The notes under the pieces were generated by a model. The model searched no databases. It was not told the DNA's origin and saw nothing but the letters and a program-made list of their open reading frames with translations. A DNA stretch of 64,000 nucleotides from Enoplolaimus lenunculus (Eukaryota), in assembly GCA_030248215.1 (NCBI GenBank), contig JASANG010002430.1, positions 124,001 through 188,000 of the forward strand, given 5' to 3'. Positions within the stretch are counted from its first letter, which is position 1; the number at the start of each line of letters is the position of its first letter. A program made the translations under genes and the position numbers. Positions 36,401 through 50,047 of this stretch are shown here, one piece after another.

Positions 36401-39400
36401 CTAGAATACAAAGTTGGCCGCGTCTTAATACATAGAGTAGACTCTATGAGTAACTAAGCATTATTTGTGTACACGAAATATTGCACAATACGCAGTGTTT
36501 AAATAATTACTGCGCGTATACGCAGTATATATGTCGCAGCGGCAGCACCAATTTAGCCATGTAGCCAAAATGGCTTCGTACGGCGCCAATTTTAGTTGAA
36601 ACTAGCCAACGCACCAACAGCTCCTAGTTGGTTAAAAAAAATTTAGTGATTGACCTAAAATTCTGTAGCGAATTTTTGATGATGTACCTGTACATTATTT
36701 AGCGTTCTTGAATGGTATGATTAACTGCGTTCTGTTTGTTATAAGAAATGTTTTAAATTGATAACAGATAAACCAACCAGGCGCCTTGCTATGATGGCTA
36801 GCCACTGTGATAGTTGGTGCCATGACTTGCCAAATTGGCGATACGGCAAACTTGGTGCATTGGCTACGACATAAACCATATCTCCACAACGTGTGAGAGC
36901 AGTTGCAAACGAAATAGTTGGTAAATATTCATGTGAGACCGGGTTATATAAATTACGTTTCCAATTATAACCAAATATGACATAAATTCAATGAACAGAC
37001 AAAAACCAATTCTGCTTAACGCAACACAGCAAGAAAACGATCGGAATCCAGAATATTTTTGTCTTGTTACGGACACAACTCAATGTAACTTCCCATAAAC
37101 ACTACTTTAAAAAATACAAAAAATTTCATTGCCGAAATGAGCCTAACTTCGTCATAATCGGAACCAGATGTCGCTTTTCCACCGGTGCAGGAAACAGATC
37201 TCTGGCTGTATTCTGTTTAAGCAACATTTTATGTCTTACCTTGTTCGAATTAGGCAAACAGTCCAGCACGCCAAGAACCAACCGTAAATTGTTTTCGGGT
37301 TCATCTGGTACACATACTGTCATGCTGTCGATGAGCATTTCGTAAACACACGGTTTAACCAAAGGAAATGGCAGCTCTCGCAAAAAGTCACGAAGCAGCC
37401 CTAAAATCACATTTGATACTTTTATTATACTGTAATTGAGCAGGAATAAATTTTAGACGATTTTTGCTTATGCTTAGGCTTTGGCTTAGGAATATGTTTA
37501 ATCTACAGATACGGCTGTAGACACATTGGCCGAGTACAGTATGAGCAGCTGAATACAAATTGTATACGAGCAATACACACACAGTACTGTAGTGATGGAG
37601 CGACCCGAATAAGAGGGGGTAATAAGACTGGACCCCAATTTGAGTCCCAATCAATAGGAGTTCGTATCCCTAATAAGAGTTCGTAAGCGGATACACTAAA
37701 CCTCAATTAGAGACCACAAATGTCCATTTTCCTAATTGTAGTGCACAAATGACTCCAGACACCAATAAAGTTGAGTTCGAAACTTAAACCATACTTATTG
37801 CCCCAAGTTGGCAACTGGGTCGTTACAAACGACAGCTGCTATTCGGAGTAGCAGAAACAACTACTGAAATGCATACTGTATTTGACTGTAGGATTGGGCA
37901 GACCCAACAGCTGTGGAATGTTGAGTCCCAATCAATAGGAGTTCGTATCCCTAATAAGAGTTCGTAAGCGGATACACTAAACCTCAATTAGAGACCACAA
38001 ATGTCCATTTTCCTAATTGTAGTGCACAAATGACTCCAGACACCAGTAAAGTTGAGTTCGAAACTTAACTTAAACCATACTTATTGCCCCAAGTTGGCAA
38101 CTGGGTCGTTACAAACGACAGCTGCTATTCGGAGTAGCAGAAACAACTACTGAAATGCATACTGTATTTGACTGTAGGATTGGGCAGACCCAACAGCTGT
38201 GGAATGTTGAGTCCCAATCAATAGGAGTTCGTATCCCTAATAAGAGTTCGTAAGCGGATACACTAAACCTCAATTAGAGACCACAAATGTCCATTTTCCT
38301 AATTGTAGTGCACAAATGACTCCAGACACCAATAAAGTTGAGTTCGAAACTTAAACCATACTTATTGCCCCAAGTTGGCAACTGGGTCGTTACAAACGAC
38401 AGCTGCTATTCGGAGTAGCAGAAACAACTACTGAAATGCATACTGTATTTGACTGTAGGATTGGGCAGACCCAACAGCTGTGGAATGCAAATTGTTTGTT
38501 TTTGGTTGTTCGGGTTTCACTATCTTCGAGAAAATTGACTTGCGCAAATTATTTGGCTTCACCATATTTTCACACTATAAATTAAAAAAGGTTGATAATC
38601 GAATACAACGTTATACAGGCTATGCTGTTTTTTATACATGTATATATAACAATCTTGTTTAATTTTTAGTTTGAAACTTCGGTGAAGACAAATAATCGTT
38701 GCGTAAATCAGTTTACTCGTCTATCGTAATACCTGATCAACCAACAGGGATAAGCGGTCTCGGTCTCGGCAAGTCTCGGGATTTGGCTGGACTCGGTCTC
38801 GCTTTTGTTCAGTCTCGGTGGTTTGCAAACCAAGACCAAAGAGGTGAAAAAGCGATTAGCAATCACAAACAATTTTCAGGCCCGCAAGTACTTGCGCATT
38901 TCCCCTACCAACACAGACAGCGAACGATTGTGGAACACTGCTACCAAGTTATAGAGCGATTTAAGAAACGGAATGACGTATCCAGTTACCCAAAATTCTG
39001 TATTTAAAAGGAAGCCCAAAACACTTGATTTTATTGTGACAAATCGCAAATAGTTGCATTTTCGCTTTCAAAACATTTAAGGCATCGTTTAAAAAATTAT
39101 GGGTCATCCGCACTTATAACGTCACGCTATGTCAAAAAATTTTCCAGTCTATTCGGTTTGCCCAGGAGCAAATACAACACTATATTTCGGAATTAAGGAT
39201 TGTACCCGGGCTATTTTAAGACAATGGAATTTGTCCCGAGCCTGTTCAAAGGGTATGGCGACAGTAGCCAAGCGAAAAATAAAGTAATATAATTTGGCGG
39301 CGATTTATTAGTTTAATTGTATGAAGCGGCAATTCAAAGCAAGCAAAAATATTCAAGTTTTGTTAAAAAAGTATTTTTTTATTTTCGGTAACGGTTAAAA

Positions 39401-42400
39401 ATTGACCGAGACCGAGACGAAAAGTCTCGGTCTCGGTAGGTTGGGTCTCGGTTACAGTTTCGGTATCGCTTTTTTTGACCAAGACCGCCCATCCCTGACA
39501 ACCAATCCCAAACAGTTTGCATTCTGGCACCTGTTCGATCTGCACAATCTTCTAATCACAAGCAGTTTGCATTCCAGCAGCTGCTTTGGCTGCCCTGAAC
39601 AGCAATTGTCGCTTGGGACGCCCCAGTTCTCAAGTGGAGCAAATTGCTGTTTAGGGCACGGCATATATATTCCAAATATTTGCATCTTCTTTGTACCAGA
39701 CATGTCAACAACGCCATAACGCAGTGAATCAAAATTTGATGATTCGTCTTATATACATACTAAAAGATCATCCAGTCAAAAACATTTTTTCACCTGAGGT
39801 GTACAGCTATATTTGCTCATATTAGTCAATTTCTAAATCTTTGGTTTACCAGGCCTACCGTGAACTGGCGATACTGGTTTTACAGTTACGAGACCTATCA
39901 CCAACTGGTAATACGTGTGTATACACTGAAATATCAATATTCGAATTTGAATGTTAATACCTGTCAAGACGTTGATATCAGGCACATACGTAGGCGACAG
40001 GTCAACCCGGCTCATCTCAGCTTCAATCGCATCGCGAACTTGATGCTTTTTAATCGCCGAGCCACAAAGTGTATACAGTCCAACTGTAGATCTCGGTCCG
40101 GTTCCGTCGGCCAAATTTGAGGTCCCATACCCAGCCATCAGGCCTCCGCTGCCGAATGTCCTAGTTTCGATCTCATTCACAAGTTGACGCAGCACCAAAG
40201 GCACAGAGACACGATCTTGGCTAGCTGGCGACTCTCGACTTAGTAAGGTATCAAGCTCTAGACCAAATGTTGCTGCTTGTCTCGCCGATAGACGTCTACA
40301 AAATGCGTCTGGGAACGGAATGAAGCCAAGACGTAGAGTGATACTGCCTTGAGGCCGCAGGGGCAGTTCGAAGAGAGGACCAACATCTTCGTACGGATGA
40401 CTAACTGGTGGTCGGCGACGAATTATTCCGTCGTAGTCATGAGAGCTGTTTGTATTGGTAGTTCCGGGCGACACGTACGCTTGGGACGTGTCGAAATGTT
40501 CTCGTAACGCGCCAGCGAGGATTAGCTGGCCTCGATGAATTAGCGAAGGCGGATTTCGTGTTCTGCTCCGGCGGTTCGTAAGGTCATGCACCGCTGATGG
40601 TCGCCACGAGAACACCAGCACGTCCATACGAACTGCATGCAAGACGTCGATTTCGAACGCGTCTGCCCACAGAAACGCCGCCGCCGCTGGAGATGCTGGC
40701 GACGCCGCCGGCGATGACGATAACTCGTCATCGTCAGCGTCACCGTCAATGTTTCGCGATGACGTCGTCGGTGATGCGTCCTCATAATCATTGCAACGCG
40801 AAGGCATCATCGATGACGTCATTTCGTGAAGACCATGACGTGTCGTCGATGACGTTTTTCCATAGTGATAATGATGACGACGTTTATCATGTGATCGCCC
40901 ATGACGTGTCTTTGGTGACGTTTGATGACGTGAACTATGACCATGATGATGACGATGACGACGACGACGTTTGGCGACTGTTGTTCGTGCACGATGTTCA
41001 CCGTCAATTTCAATCACGCAATACAGCTGATCGCTGTGGTCGATGCTGTCGCCGTTTCCATTCCTGACGTCAGGAACGGGAGGCCGCGGCGGCGATGATG
41101 TGAGCAAATCTGATGAGCCGTTGATGACATGAACTATTAAAAGTCCACTCAGGGGACGCGGTCTTCCGCTGCTAGTGCTTGGGGTCGATGAGGAAGTGGG
41201 GTCGCCGGTAACGATTTTGAGGCCACGTGATAACTCCCCGCGATGTTGGGATTGAAATCTAGATAAGGGTGCTGTTCGAGAACGCTGATGTTTTGGAGAC
41301 CGGGATATAGTGGAGTAAATTGCGTGATTTTGATCGTCCGGTCGATATCGGTGAATATTTACGAAATCCATTGTTGATGAAGCTGTTCCTGCCACGGTAT
41401 TCGACGCCAGACTGGTCCTATAACGAATAAATATTTTAGAACGGTTACTGGTTTTTGAGAAAACGAATGATCAAATTATTTTACAAAAAAACAGCAAAAT
41501 TATAATAATAAAATAAGCGAAAAGTTATGCAAGCAAATAAGTACATGATTGCTTTACCGAAACTCCTGCATAAATATTTCAGAAATTAGGGTTTTAAACC
41601 AGTTGAACTCATGTGATGCGTCACTGATTTTCAGTGATTCAACCGTTTTCCTATGTGGATACGTTAAGAGATTTTTTCGTTTACGCAAAAGCATAACAAT
41701 AGAATTTTTCAAAAATTACATAGCTAGTCAAGTTGCGATTTGCGCTTAACCAATCAAAGCTTTCGTAACTGGAATTACGTTCATCCAAAACGATTTAACA
41801 CTACAATTATCCATATTAAATTGCTTTTAATTAAAATGAGGCAAATTTATACATGGTTGACTTTAATCTGTATACCAAGAGTGTAATACAAAAGAAACAT
41901 ACCTGAAAGGGTATCCTTCAGAAGACGACATGAACGGAGAGTGCGTGTTATCAATTTCGCTGGCTCCGCTTTCGAATTTCCCGTAGTTGTCGGCTGAAAT
42001 AAATATTATATTATATTGTTCACTGCTGTTTGCAATAGTTCCATGTCATGTAATTAATTATTTAGTTGACAAATTTGTTTTAATATTCAATAATTACAAA
42101 TGCCTAACATGTTGCAGACCAATGTATTATTCCGACCACTTACTAATTGGCCTAAGTCAATCTGCTACTCTAAGCGCAAATAGCAGTTTGGTCTAGGACA
42201 AATAGCAATTTGTGAAATGAAGCAAAACAGCAGTGAGGTAAGGTCAACGTTGATTGGTTATCAGTGTTGCGTCTGACCAAATATAGCCAGTCGTAGTGCG
42301 ACTACATTTATTCAGCGAAGTTCGAACCCCACGTAAGCAATAAAGGTAATATGCAAATTAGTTGTTACCTAACTATTCATTTATCGGTTTTGTAAATTTG

Positions 42401-45400
42401 TAAGCAATTTACTCAGATCCCTCGCACCCAAAAACCCTTCAGTGACCCTAATAATTATTGAAATAATTTAAAAAGTGCTAATTTTGTCTTGTCAATTAAG
42501 CTAATATGCAAATTAACTATTAGCTAACTATTCGGTTATCGGTTTTGAGGGTTTGTAAACAATTTATTCAAATTTCTCGCACCTAATAACCCATTACTGT
42601 AAAACCCCAATGAGAGGTTAACACCACAGGATAATTGGCTTTTAAACATAAAATGTTTGTCAAAATCGGTTCAGCCGTTCCTGAGATTCTTCTCGGACGG
42701 GCAGATGGACAGACGGATGGACGGACCGCTTCGCTCAATGAAATCTGACTGGTCTATAAGCTCAATAGCAGTTTAGCTTAGGCCGAAGTGCTATTATACC
42801 AGTCGTAATGGGACTACATGTATTGAGCGAAGCTCGAACACACGTAAGCAATTAAGCCGATGTGCAAAATCAGTTATTAGCTAACTATTCATTTATTGGT
42901 TTTGGAGGATTGTAAGCAATTTATTCAGATTTATCGCACTCAAAAACCCTAAAATAACCCTAATAATTTGAGAAATAATTTAAAAAGCTATTATTTAGGC
43001 TTATCAATTAAGCAAATATGCCAATTAGCTATTAGCTAACTATTGGATAATCGGTTTTGAAGGTTTGTAGACAATTTATTCAGATTTCTCGCAACCAAAA
43101 ACCCACTATTCTGAAATTAGATTGCTTGTAACCCTAATAATTAGTGAAATATTGCAAAAACGCCTAATTTAGGCTTATCAATTATACTTATATGCAAATT
43201 ATCTATTAACTATATAACTATTTAATTATCGGTTTTGGAGGCTTGTAAACAATTTATTCAAGTTCCTCGCACCGAAAAACACTTTAGTGCTGAAATTATA
43301 TTGCTTTTAACCTTAATAATTAGTGAGTGTAAAAACTCCTAATTTAGGTTTATAAACTATGCTAATGTGGAAATTATCTATTAGCTAACTACTCAATTAT
43401 CGGTTTTGAAGGTTTATAAACAGTCTATTCAGATTCCTCGCATTCATAAACCCTTTAATGCTGAAATCAGTTTGCTTGTAACTGTAAATAATTAGTGAAA
43501 TAGTATAGAAAGTCCTAATTTAGGTTTAATTAATTATACAAATTAGCCTGTAGCTAATAAACGGCTTAAAATTTTAAAACCCAATGCGAAGTTAACACCC
43601 CAGGATAATTGGCTTTCAAGCAAAAAGTTTCTAAAAATCGGTTCAGCCGTTCCTGAGATTCTTTTCGGACGGAAAGACGGACATCCACCTTTCGACATCA
43701 GAGTACCAAGCATAAAACGCTTTGCAAAAAAACTCCAAGCTAAGCTCGGAGTTTCGCTTCGCTCAATAAAATTGCAAATTGGCCTAGGACAATAAGTAAT
43801 TTCCCTGAATAGCAGATTGGTCTGCGACATATATTGCAATTAGTTGAAATTTAAATAAAATTAGATAAAATAAGAACGAAAGACTTGTCACCGTTTTGTC
43901 AAATATGAGCAACGGGGCACTAGTTGATTGTTAGGTAAGTTAATTTCGAAATGTCTTTGAATTATGTTAACAACGTAAGCACCTAATACTTTTATTTTTG
44001 TAGGGCTATTTACAGATATTTCCTACAAGCGTATACTTTACAGAAACAAATTCTCCGTTCCAAGATTTTTTCAAAAATTAAAATTACGGCACCGTATCAT
44101 CGATACACGGTTAAAGACTGTTTTAAGACTTTCAAATCCGTTCAAGATTTTGTGTGCCTCTCATACGTGTAGTAATTATTAAACACTGCGCATTGTGTAT
44201 TATTGTCATGCCAATGGTACTCTGCATCGTCGCGTGTTATACAAAAAAACCCACAAAATAAACTATTATCAACCGTAATAGCGATCAAACAAACAATCGA
44301 AATGATAAAAAGATAAAATAGAACCAGAACAAAAACCTTTTGGTGGTAAACTTGAAGACCGCCTTCCAGTTGTTGTTCGTGTTGACCGTGGAGACCTAAC
44401 ACCATCAATAATTTGATAATGCGTTTCGGGCAGCATATTTTCATCGTCAAATCGGTCATCAAAGTCGCGCATCCAATTCATTTCTTGAAACCGACGCCGG
44501 CTGGTTGTAGTTGAATCCAACATCCATTTGCGGTACTCGCCTGCAGTATACGCGTCCAAAAATTCTGACACGCTATCACCGGTTGTTTGTACCGAGTGCG
44601 CTGAGATATGTCTTGATTCTAGAAAATAAACACTAAAAATTAAAATAAGTCTAACTCTCAAGTATTCGTGCTCAACAAATCGTGTCAAAAACTGGCCAAT
44701 GTATAGAACAGTGCCGTAACAGTGGTATGACTATATAAATTCTTAAGCATAAGCTTAAACCGAAGCAAAAAAAATTGCTATAAAGCTTAAGCTTACTATT
44801 GGAAAACTTTCTGCCTAGGATCTTTACATGGGCCCAAAAAATGAAACGCTATTTTAAACGCTTTTCACGTTTCAAGCAGCGCGATTTAAAATGCTTTTTT
44901 GTAAGCGACGAAACGCGATATAAATCGCTAGTGCACCGTTTTTTCGTCGTTCGTCAAAATGCTATTGTATCATCAATACTCGGTTTTTTAGATAAATAAA
45001 ACAGTTTTGTACTTTTGACACAATTCCTAATGAAATTTAAAGCAAACACAATTTTATTGCCAAATTTTTGCAATTCATAAATTTGGTTCTCGATCTGAAA
45101 GCAGCTTTCTTGAAAAATATATATGTTCAATCTTTGCCTTTCCCAAACTAATATAATTAATTTTAAGTATTGGAAACTTGAAAAGGAAACAAATATAAGC
45201 TAAACATCAGAAACTTTGAATACGTCAGTTTACAGTTAAGATTGTTTATTATTTAATCCCATATCAAGTATAAGGCCTGCCAGCTAGGAGACAGGGGATT
45301 AGTGCACTTAAAGACTGGACCATTTAGGTTTAAGCTTCGATTTTGGCTTATCTCAGCAAGCGTGCCATTATGGATTATATACATTGGCCGCTATGTGTAA

Positions 45401-48400
45401 AACAAGAGTCGATAACGACGTGTACACAAGAGTATGCTACTGGACACATTCTGTGAAGAAAAAATGTACCCAGCGCTTGTTGAAATTTTTGCCGACTCCT
45501 ATTCACGGGGGTTTAAGTGTGAGGTACAAAAATTTATTGCTGTAACCGACTGTGGTGTTGTAGTTTAAAGTCAAATTCCAGATTCCATAGTTAACGTTCA
45601 CGACACCAAGAGTGTTTGATGCATACTTCAACAAGAGTATGGCAGTCGGAAGTGTGTATATTCTGTGTAGGAAAGAATGTACCCGGCACGCGTTGTGTTC
45701 TTGACTTACCCCCCCCCCCCTTATTTAGGGCATATATACAACTTGTGCAAACAATGGCACTGTATGTATACGGCATCAAAATTGTTCCGCTTAGAGTTTA
45801 TAACTTAGGGGTATTTCATGTGATAGCTGTCAGAACTGCAAGGTCGGGACGACCCCTTTCCCCAAAGTACTGCGAATATATATGGTTTGCCCTAAATTTC
45901 TCCGAAACATATGGCCACGCCGGGAATCGAACCTCGGACTTCTCGCTCGCGAGTCAAGCGCGCTACCCATTACACCTCGCGGCCGATATCATAATTTCCT
46001 CCGGTGCTATATGTGCACGAGTATGTTGTATGTATGTGTCTTGACATTACACACTCTGCACATACACAAGCTAACCCGCATATACTCACATTCCCCCTTT
46101 TTTAGGCGGTCGCCCCGGACCGAATAGTTCTGACATGGAGGTCCCACCGAGATGGGCGCTGTAAATTGCAGGCCCATGGATTCGGATAGTTTGGATTCGC
46201 GGTCCGGGGCGACCGCCTGAAGAAGGGGGACTGCGAGTATTTGCGGCTTGTGTATGTGCAGAATGTGTAATGTTAAGACATATACATACTCGTGCACATA
46301 TACCACCAGAAGAAATTAGGATATCGGCCGCGTGGTGTAATGGGAAGCGCGCTTGACTCGCGAGCGATATCTTTCGGAAAATTAAGAGGAAAATCATGTA
46401 TATTCACAGTACTTCGAGGAAAGGGGTCGCGTCCCGACTGCGCAGTTCTGACAATAGCGACCGACCTCCCCTAAATGAGGGGATTTATAGCCAAAAAAGT
46501 AATGCGAGGTGATACATTTTGTACCACACAAATTTTCGTAGTTGCGCACTGTTACAGAGTGATCATTCCCTCTTGACTACACTAAACATTGTGTTCTACC
46601 CACCATTTTGGAATGGAGTATGGAAAAACGCAACTCGCGCTGGTGGCGAAAGGCATGATGACTCTCAGGGAAGAAAAAAACTGATATTTAGACCAATTAG
46701 CTTCGTCTCGGTTACTTTGTAATTCTATACAAATAAGCAGTTCGGAAGAGTTCAGAAAAGTCCATTGGTTTACGACATATACACAAGAAAAACGTGATGC
46801 GCACATAAATCGCAAAACAGACGACATACGTATACTCACGATCACGGCCCACATGTTCCATGGTCGCTTGAGGCGTGGCCAAATGTGGACCCGGAAGTGG
46901 TGACACCCATGTCATTTCCGGTGCGGACAGGGTGCCATCGTCAAGTTCAGCATCCAGACCTCCATTAATCCTTCCGGTGACTGCTTGGAGACGACTCACA
47001 GGTACTCCAGGTTGAGTCGGCCGGATTCCGAGGGTCGTGGTCGTCGAACGACGATGACGACCCTCATTGCGACCAAAATAACCGTCTAGACGATCCTCGT
47101 CCGCACTCAAATCTGTAACATTGTCTAGACCGTTATTCCAGCCACCGAGTACGTCGTTACGCCATTTGACCGAGCGCCCCGTCGCCGGACCACCCGCAGT
47201 TGAACGACGTGGATGGCCGCGATAACGAGGGTCACGATCAGATGGCGGCAGCGACCGGAACCGGTAAGATAGAGCCCCTCGGCGGGTTACAGAGGGGTCG
47301 TAGCCGAGTCCAACAGTGTCGCTTCCGGGAATGGGTTGCAGAGCACGTTGGTCATACAGGGTACTAGATAAACCTAAAGGGGTACTGCCTTCGCTGCGAG
47401 GTGCTGAACGAAGGGCTGATTTAAGAGGACGGGAAGCTCGGCTAAATGATGGCGACTCGACCAGGGGTAGGCCAGGAACTGACGATGGCGTTGTTATGGC
47501 AACTGATGCCTGTGGAGCAAGGAATATATCCGGTCTTAGCGGTACGTCTGGCACTTGAAACACACGATCTGAAATAAAATCAAAGGTAAATTAGAATTGT
47601 AATTTGAATAGAAAACTAAAGTAAGTTAAGTACGTAGCTCATTTTTCGTATTAACTTTTATGCCATCTGGGCCGGAGCAGGTGATCCAAAATAGGTGGTA
47701 GTGGATTAATGAACCCTCTCAAAAAACTTTTCCTATGCCTTCGCTTCGTACACGTAGCTAGAGAGGTGCAGGGGGGCTCAGTGTCCTTGGCAGAATTTTG
47801 CCACCTTCCGAAAAGTTTCAACATTGCTTGTAACTCATAGTACCCGTTGTATGCCCGTGCTGAAAATTTTTTAGCTTCCCCTAGCAAGGTGAGCTGGCTA
47901 CGAGTATGATTAGCTCACATGCACGTTAAAATGACAAAATGCACCCTTGCCCACCGCCGGCTCCTGATACTGTGCCAGTGACTCCAACTGAGCACATTTT
48001 TGTCAAATTATTCCGAATACTGCTGGGCTAACTGTTATATTTATATTAAAATAAACCTCATCGACTTACTTGTCCATGTTGCTTTGAGGAGCGTACCGGT
48101 AAACATAAGCGTACCGGTAAACATACGCCTACGTATAGTCCTTTCCTTGTGTTAAAGCTTTGAAGCTTACGTTTAAAAATATGTACATATTTTACTGTTG
48201 CACCCCTCAATGTAACACTGGCATCGACGTACCTGCGTCAATAAGTGATTGTGACATTAGAGTCGCTGCACTTTGTGGCACAACAGGTGGCAGCGATGAC
48301 GTTAATGCAACACTTGGTAATACAGGAACTTGCCACATACTGGTCGCTGGTTGTTGCACCACTTGTGGATGTAGTTGTTGTTGCTGTTGTTGCCTGTGTA

Positions 48401-50002
48401 ACAATTGCTGTTGCGTTTGTTGTTGTTCTGTGGTGTACGACGACGACAAGTATGATGTTGCAGTTGACGCTGGTGCACTGTATATTAGGATTTGCGATCC
48501 AAATCCAGCTGGCTGTTGTGCTGGTAGTGTCTGGAATACAAATCCAGACGGCTGCTGAGCGGGCACTGTTTGAAGTCCAGACGGCTGGCTCAGCGGTGTC
48601 TGCGATACAATTACAGGCGGCTGCTGAGCTGGTAACGTATGGAGTGCAGATGGCTGGCTAGGTATCGTCTGAAATCCAGATGTTTGGCTAGGTATTGCCT
48701 GAAAACCAGACGGCTGCTGAGCTGGCAGTGTCTGAGCTACAAATCCAGACGGCTTCATAGTGACGCCTAGCTGTCTGGGTTGCGCGTCAAATCGCAGCTG
48801 TTGTCGCTGCTCGTCGAGTGCCAAGGTTGAATAAAGTACAGTTGGCAGTGCAGTAGGAATGGTAGAATATGGCATCATAGAATAATAACGTGATGGCAGT
48901 ACCGAAGTGACACCAGTCGAAATCAATTGTGGCTGAGGCACCATTGAGAGAGCTGGGCCTGAAATTTCAGGCTGGATACTCACGGACAGATCTGTGGGAG
49001 GAATCAAAGTCTGAGGTGCGGGTGCAATAGCTGAGCGTTGAGCAATTGGTATTGCACCGTGAGTTGATGTTAACGGCGCGGATACTGGTTGTTGCGGCAA
49101 TGTAACAGAAAGTGAATCAATTTCGGCAGTTAATAACGGCACCGTTGTTGAAATTTGGGAATATGGGAGTGATATTTGTGAACTATAATACGAGATGGGA
49201 TACAAAGAAGGCTCGCCAGGATAGTGGCGAGCATATGGCTGCTGGTGCGAGAGTACCTGAGATTGTGGCAGTTGTTGTTGTTGTTGTTGTAATGGCGATA
49301 AACTCGGCTGTATCCAAGGAAACGAATGCTGTACGGGTTGAAAGGCACCAGTTGAAACGACGGTTGCGCCCGGAATGCTCGCCGATGTTAATGTTGAGGT
49401 AATCACTGGCGGATATTGTGCTGTAGCTGGCAGTGTCAGCGGAACGTGGGCGACTTGTGGCGGCGAGATCAAAGACGCAACTGTCCATGGTATATGTTGT
49501 TGTTGTTGTCGTTGTTGTTGTTGTTTTTGTTGTTGTTGTTGTTGTAGTTGTTGTTGTTGTTGTTGCATAGCATGCGAAGAGATCATCATTGAGTCGTATA
49601 CAGTCCCATCAGAAACTGCTAGTGTATCAAAGGCATATCGCGGATCGGTTAATTGTTGTTGTTGTTGTTGTTGTTGTTGTTTTTGTTGTTGCTGTTGTTG
49701 TTGGAGAAAAGCTGGCACAGTTCCATAACCGGATTGCAGTTCTATTGTTGATTCTAGTCCCGGGAGATGCGCTGGCTGAGCAGTGGAATATTCAACTAGT
49801 TCTGGCCTTGGTACGTGCCAAGGTTGACAAGCGGCGGCTAAAAATGACAATGGTGCACGAGTAGGATCACCGACTGGATGAATTTCACCGCCAGGAATCG
49901 GCGATAACTCTGAGTAAAGAGGAACGGTTGTCACTGGGTATGGTATATCATACTGGTCTAACAAGGCAAGTTGTTCTTGCCTTCGTTGTTCTTCCGCTAA
50001 AA

Positions 50003-50047
<45 letters not shown>

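Larger units (their letters stand above)
45716..46482. mobile_element. Foldback / long inverted repeat carrying two tRNA-like cassettes
   Basis: Arms ~45829-46122 and ~46199-46453 are diverged reverse complements; the outer ends ccccttatttaggg / ccctaaatgagggg also match. Confidence 0.75.

Noticed and set aside
37640..38487. CRISPR array or LTR pair
   Set aside because: Contiguous tandem units, no spacers, no TG...CA ends or internal retroelement ORF
40597..41067. 156-aa plus-strand ORF
   Set aside because: Antisense to the syd-1 C2 exon; low-complexity triplet repeats
45912..45984. Functional tRNA-Ala gene
   Set aside because: Mismatched T stem and anticodon stem, and embedded in a repeat with a truncated twin; kept as a pseudogene
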